Assembly (NCBI GenBank): GCA_052426225.1
Contig: JBNJNM010000008.1
Coordinates: forward strand, 1,736,001 to 1,800,000
DNA: 64,000 bases
From: Zancudomyces culisetae HAW-14-8
Taxonomy: Eukaryota; Fungi; Kickxellomycota
Direction of reading: 5' to 3'
This document shows, piece after piece, positions 61,446-64,000 of this stretch. The notes beneath the pieces are model-generated. The model was given only the letters and a program-made list of their open reading frames with translations. It was not told the DNA's origin and did not search any database. Position 1 is the stretch's first letter; every line of letters starts with the position of its first letter. Both the position numbers and the translations under genes were made by a program.

Positions 61446-61860
61446 TACCCAGCAAAGTGTGCCTATATATATATATCTGTGATGTGATTTGTTTGGATAT
61501 ATTGTGTTGTGTTGTGTTGTGTGTATGGATATGTGTGTTGGACGTGATGTAGTGAAGAGTTTTTGATAGTTGATAAATGAACAATATATACTTATAAAAT
61601 TTTTGCTTTTATTTTATATATATTTTTGATTTGTAAGGCATTTAAATTATTTACCAGTAAATAAAATTTGGCTTGTTATTTTTTTTATTGCTTATACAGA
61701 ATGAGCGTGTAACAGGGGAAAGATAAAGACACTATTAGTTTTGGAGGATATTTTTGTGATTAAATAAATATAAATTAATATTACAAGGAAAGGAAAGGAA
61801 AGGAAACGGGGATAAAGAAATAAAAAGTAAATAGAATTTAAAAGAGAAAAAAAGAATAAA

Positions 61861-63711
61861 ATGGATGATTTAGAAGGAGAGATCCTGGCTCTGTTTGGTT
61901 CAGATGAGCCAGAACGAAAAAAAGAAAGAAAAGGAAGAGAAAGAACAGGAGGAGGATCAGAGGGATATAGACGCAGTAAAGATAGGGGATATAAACGAGG
62001 AGAAATGATGGGAGGAGATGCAGAGGAGCAGGACCAGGAGGATGGAGAAGATGAGCGGTATGGAGGAGAAGGGGGAACACATCGAAAGAAAATGCGACAC
62101 AGAGAAGGAGGCAGCAAAAGCTGGGAGGTTGAAGGAACAGGGAATCTTGGGGAGCATGCCTTCTTGGATGAGTGGAAAGCAGATTTGATGGGAGATGAAA
62201 AGGATCGGGCACGTTTAAATGCACTTCCAGAAGTGGAAAGAGAGCGGATTTTGGCAGAGCGACAGGAGCAGCGGGATATAATGTGGGAACGAATGGAGTT
62301 GAAGAGAAAGCTGGAGGAAGGAGCGGCAGTGACTGCGGCAACCGCAAGCAAAGGTAAAAAGCAAGGGAAAAGTAGAGGGTACAATGAGTATGATGACGAG
62401 GAAGAGGAGGAAGAGGAAGAGGAGGAGGAATACGAAGAGGAGGGGGATGAAGAGGGGGAAGGGAGAGCAAGAGGAAGGGGGATGAGAAGACAGGATGACG
62501 ATTACAAGGGGGGATTGAGAGGAAGAAGCAGGGCAGTAAAGGCATCAACAGCACAGCTAAAAGAGCTTCGGCGTAAGCGGGGAGAAAAGGCACATAAACA
62601 TTCAGGACATAGATCAGGTAGAGGAGGGAGAGGAATGGAAGGCGAAAGAGAGGACGAGGGAGATGAAGAGGAGGAAGATGAAGAGAGCGATGAGGATATG
62701 GAAAGAGGAGAGAGGGAGAGAGGGAGAGGAGGGGAGAGAGGAGGAAAAGAAGGAGGAGAAGGAGAGGTGGCTACGGCAGAGATGCTAAGCAAGGTACGGC
62801 TGAGCCGCGATGTATTGGAAAAATGGGTATATACGCCATTATTTAGAGAAACGGTTGAGGGCAGTTATGTGAGGATCAAAAAGAGTAACGGCAAGTATGG
62901 AGTGGCGCAGATTCTAAAAGTATTGGAACACACAGAGCCGGCATATGTAGTGAGACGGCATTGGATAGATGTTCGACTACGGGTACATTTGGCCAACGAG
63001 GAAACGGCGCGAGATATTCGAATAGACGAAGCATCGAATGAGGATTTTGGTAGCAGAGAGTATTATGAGTTTATAGAGTTTGCAAAGGGGCAAATGGGTA
63101 AAAGACACAAACAAAGCATACGATATCCAAGCGAACAATATATTAACAACAAAATAAAGGATATTGGAGTAAAAAACAACTACGAAATGACAACCAAGGA
63201 TATTGATGAGCGGGTCAGAACATTGCAAGAGGTTGGGAAGCGTGGAGGAAATACTACGGCGCGACGTGGAGAGATCATGTTCAAGTTGCAGTATGCACAA
63301 CAGGAAAACAATACCGAGGAGATCGAGCGGTTAACCAATGAGCTCAACAAACTGCAACGAACGGCAGGAGGAGAGAGTGATAAACCCAAGCAGACAGGAA
63401 GCGGGCTGGTAAACATTCCACTGGTTGGAGCAACGTTTCTTAACCGACAAAAACAAAAGCAACAGCAACATGAGCAACAGAAAACCCAACAACTTCAACA
63501 ACAACAACAACTTCAACAACAACAACAACTTCAACAACAACAGCAAATTCAACTACAACAACAACAGTCAATTGAACAACAAAAGCAGCAACTACAACTA
63601 CAAAATCCGGTTGCAGAGAAACCGGTTCTGAAAGTTCGAGTCAGCCGCAATTTTGGAAAGCTAATGGCAGTGCAACGCATCAATTTGGACCAGCACTGTT
63701 TCCGCGACTAA
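61861..63711 (+). CDS. RTF1: Paf1 complex subunit Rtf1 (Plus3 domain)
   Basis: HMD-like DLMGDEKDRARLNALPEVERERILAER; Plus3 region VRLSRDVLEKWVYTPLFRETVEGSYVRI...ASNEDF; polyQ near the C-terminus. Confidence 0.88.
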   Translation: MDDLEGEILALFGSDEPERKKERKGRERTGGGSEGYRRSKDRGYKRGEMMGGDAEEQDQEDGEDERYGGEGGTHRKKMRHREGGSKSWEVEGTGNLGEHAFLDEWKADLMGDEKDRARLNALPEVERERILAERQEQRDIMWERMELKRKLEEGAAVTAATASKGKKQGKSRGYNEYDDEEEEEEEEEEEYEEEGDEEGEGRARGRGMRRQDDDYKGGLRGRSRAVKASTAQLKELRRKRGEKAHKHSGHRSGRGGRGMEGEREDEGDEEEEDEESDEDMERGERERGRGGERGGKEGGEGEVATAEMLSKVRLSRDVLEKWVYTPLFRETVEGSYVRIKKSNGKYGVAQILKVLEHTEPAYVVRRHWIDVRLRVHLANEETARDIRIDEASNEDFGSREYYEFIEFAKGQMGKRHKQSIRYPSEQYINNKIKDIGVKNNYEMTTKDIDERVRTLQEVGKRGGNTTARRGEIMFKLQYAQQENNTEEIERLTNELNKLQRTAGGESDKPKQTGSGLVNIPLVGATFLNRQKQKQQQHEQQKTQQLQQQQQLQQQQQLQQQQQIQLQQQQSIEQQKQQLQLQNPVAEKPVLKVRVSRNFGKLMAVQRINLDQHCFRD

Positions 63712-64000
63712 TATCGAAATACTTGTTTGGATGGGTAATGCCCTCAAGTTCAGAGTGTGTCTGGGCCTCAAGGAACCGAGTACACGCGACCTGGTAATGG
63801 TTTGTCTTGGCCAGCCGCAGAATCTCGTCGTTGCAGGTGCCAATGGTTGATAGATACATCTTGAGCTTTTTTTCCTCAAACGTTTTGAACGGACAGCCGT
63901 GGCAATCCCGGTTTCCCATTGGTCCGCTGTTGCTTAGAATCCGAGCACACGAGTATGGAGTGTAGTTTGCGCGTTTACCTTCAACTCCGTAACTGTGACG
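63680..64000 (-). CDS. PRI2: DNA primase large subunit, C-terminal Fe-S domain; 5' part outside window
   Basis: Open from 64000: RHSYGVEGKRANYTPYSCARI...DCHGCPFK...HYQVACTRF...ITHPNKYF. Stop TGA at 63680-63682. Confidence 0.93.
   Translation of the reverse strand, partial: RHSYGVEGKRANYTPYSCARILSNSGPMGNRDCHGCPFKTFEEKKLKMYLSTIGTCNDEILRLAKTNHYQVACTRFLEAQTHSELEGITHPNKYFDISRGNSAGPN

Noticed and set aside
55036-62792. Antisense F/S/L/P-rich ORFs opposite ZDS1, SIS1 and RTF1
   Set aside because: By-products of purine-rich low-complexity coding sequence; no independent protein features.
1-64000. Search for transposase, reverse transcriptase, tRNA and rRNA signatures
   Set aside because: None recognised by eye. 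Highly degenerate relics or small RNAs in the long intergenic regions cannot be excluded without Rfam/tRNAscan/RepeatMasker.

Overview
AT-rich, intron-containing eukaryotic (fungal) DNA. Gene content and style suggest an early-diverging fungus, plausibly Kickxellomycotina/Harpellales, but that is inference only. I can support 17 protein-coding genes, two cut by the window ends: a DAO-family FAD oxidoreductase, an RVxF+LRR PP1-regulator-like protein, a Reb1/DMTF1-like Myb protein, a FlbC/MtfA-type C2H2 factor, ALG5, LAT1, a WRAP53/TCAB1/Swt21-like WD40 gene, a catalytically dead trypsin-fold protein, RFA1, a secreted Thr-rich repeat protein, a tricalbin, a Fungal_trans-domain protein, ZDS1, a GLTSCR1-domain protein, SIS1, RTF1 and PRI2. 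Exon structures were rebuilt by hand and checked for frame. I recognised no tRNA, rRNA, CRISPR array or transposon. The most notable items: (1) the 1005-aa secreted protein starts with a truncated, catalytically dead class III (Cts1-like) GH18 chitinase fold on a four-block Thr-rich stalk, a candidate chitin-binding adhesin; (2) the WRAP53-like gene has an in-frame TAG in a conserved exon plus a GC-AG intron; (3) a probably surface-anchored pseudo-trypsin; (4) convergent genes whose coding sequences overlap; (5) alternating G-rich and C-rich strand domains that ignore gene orientation.
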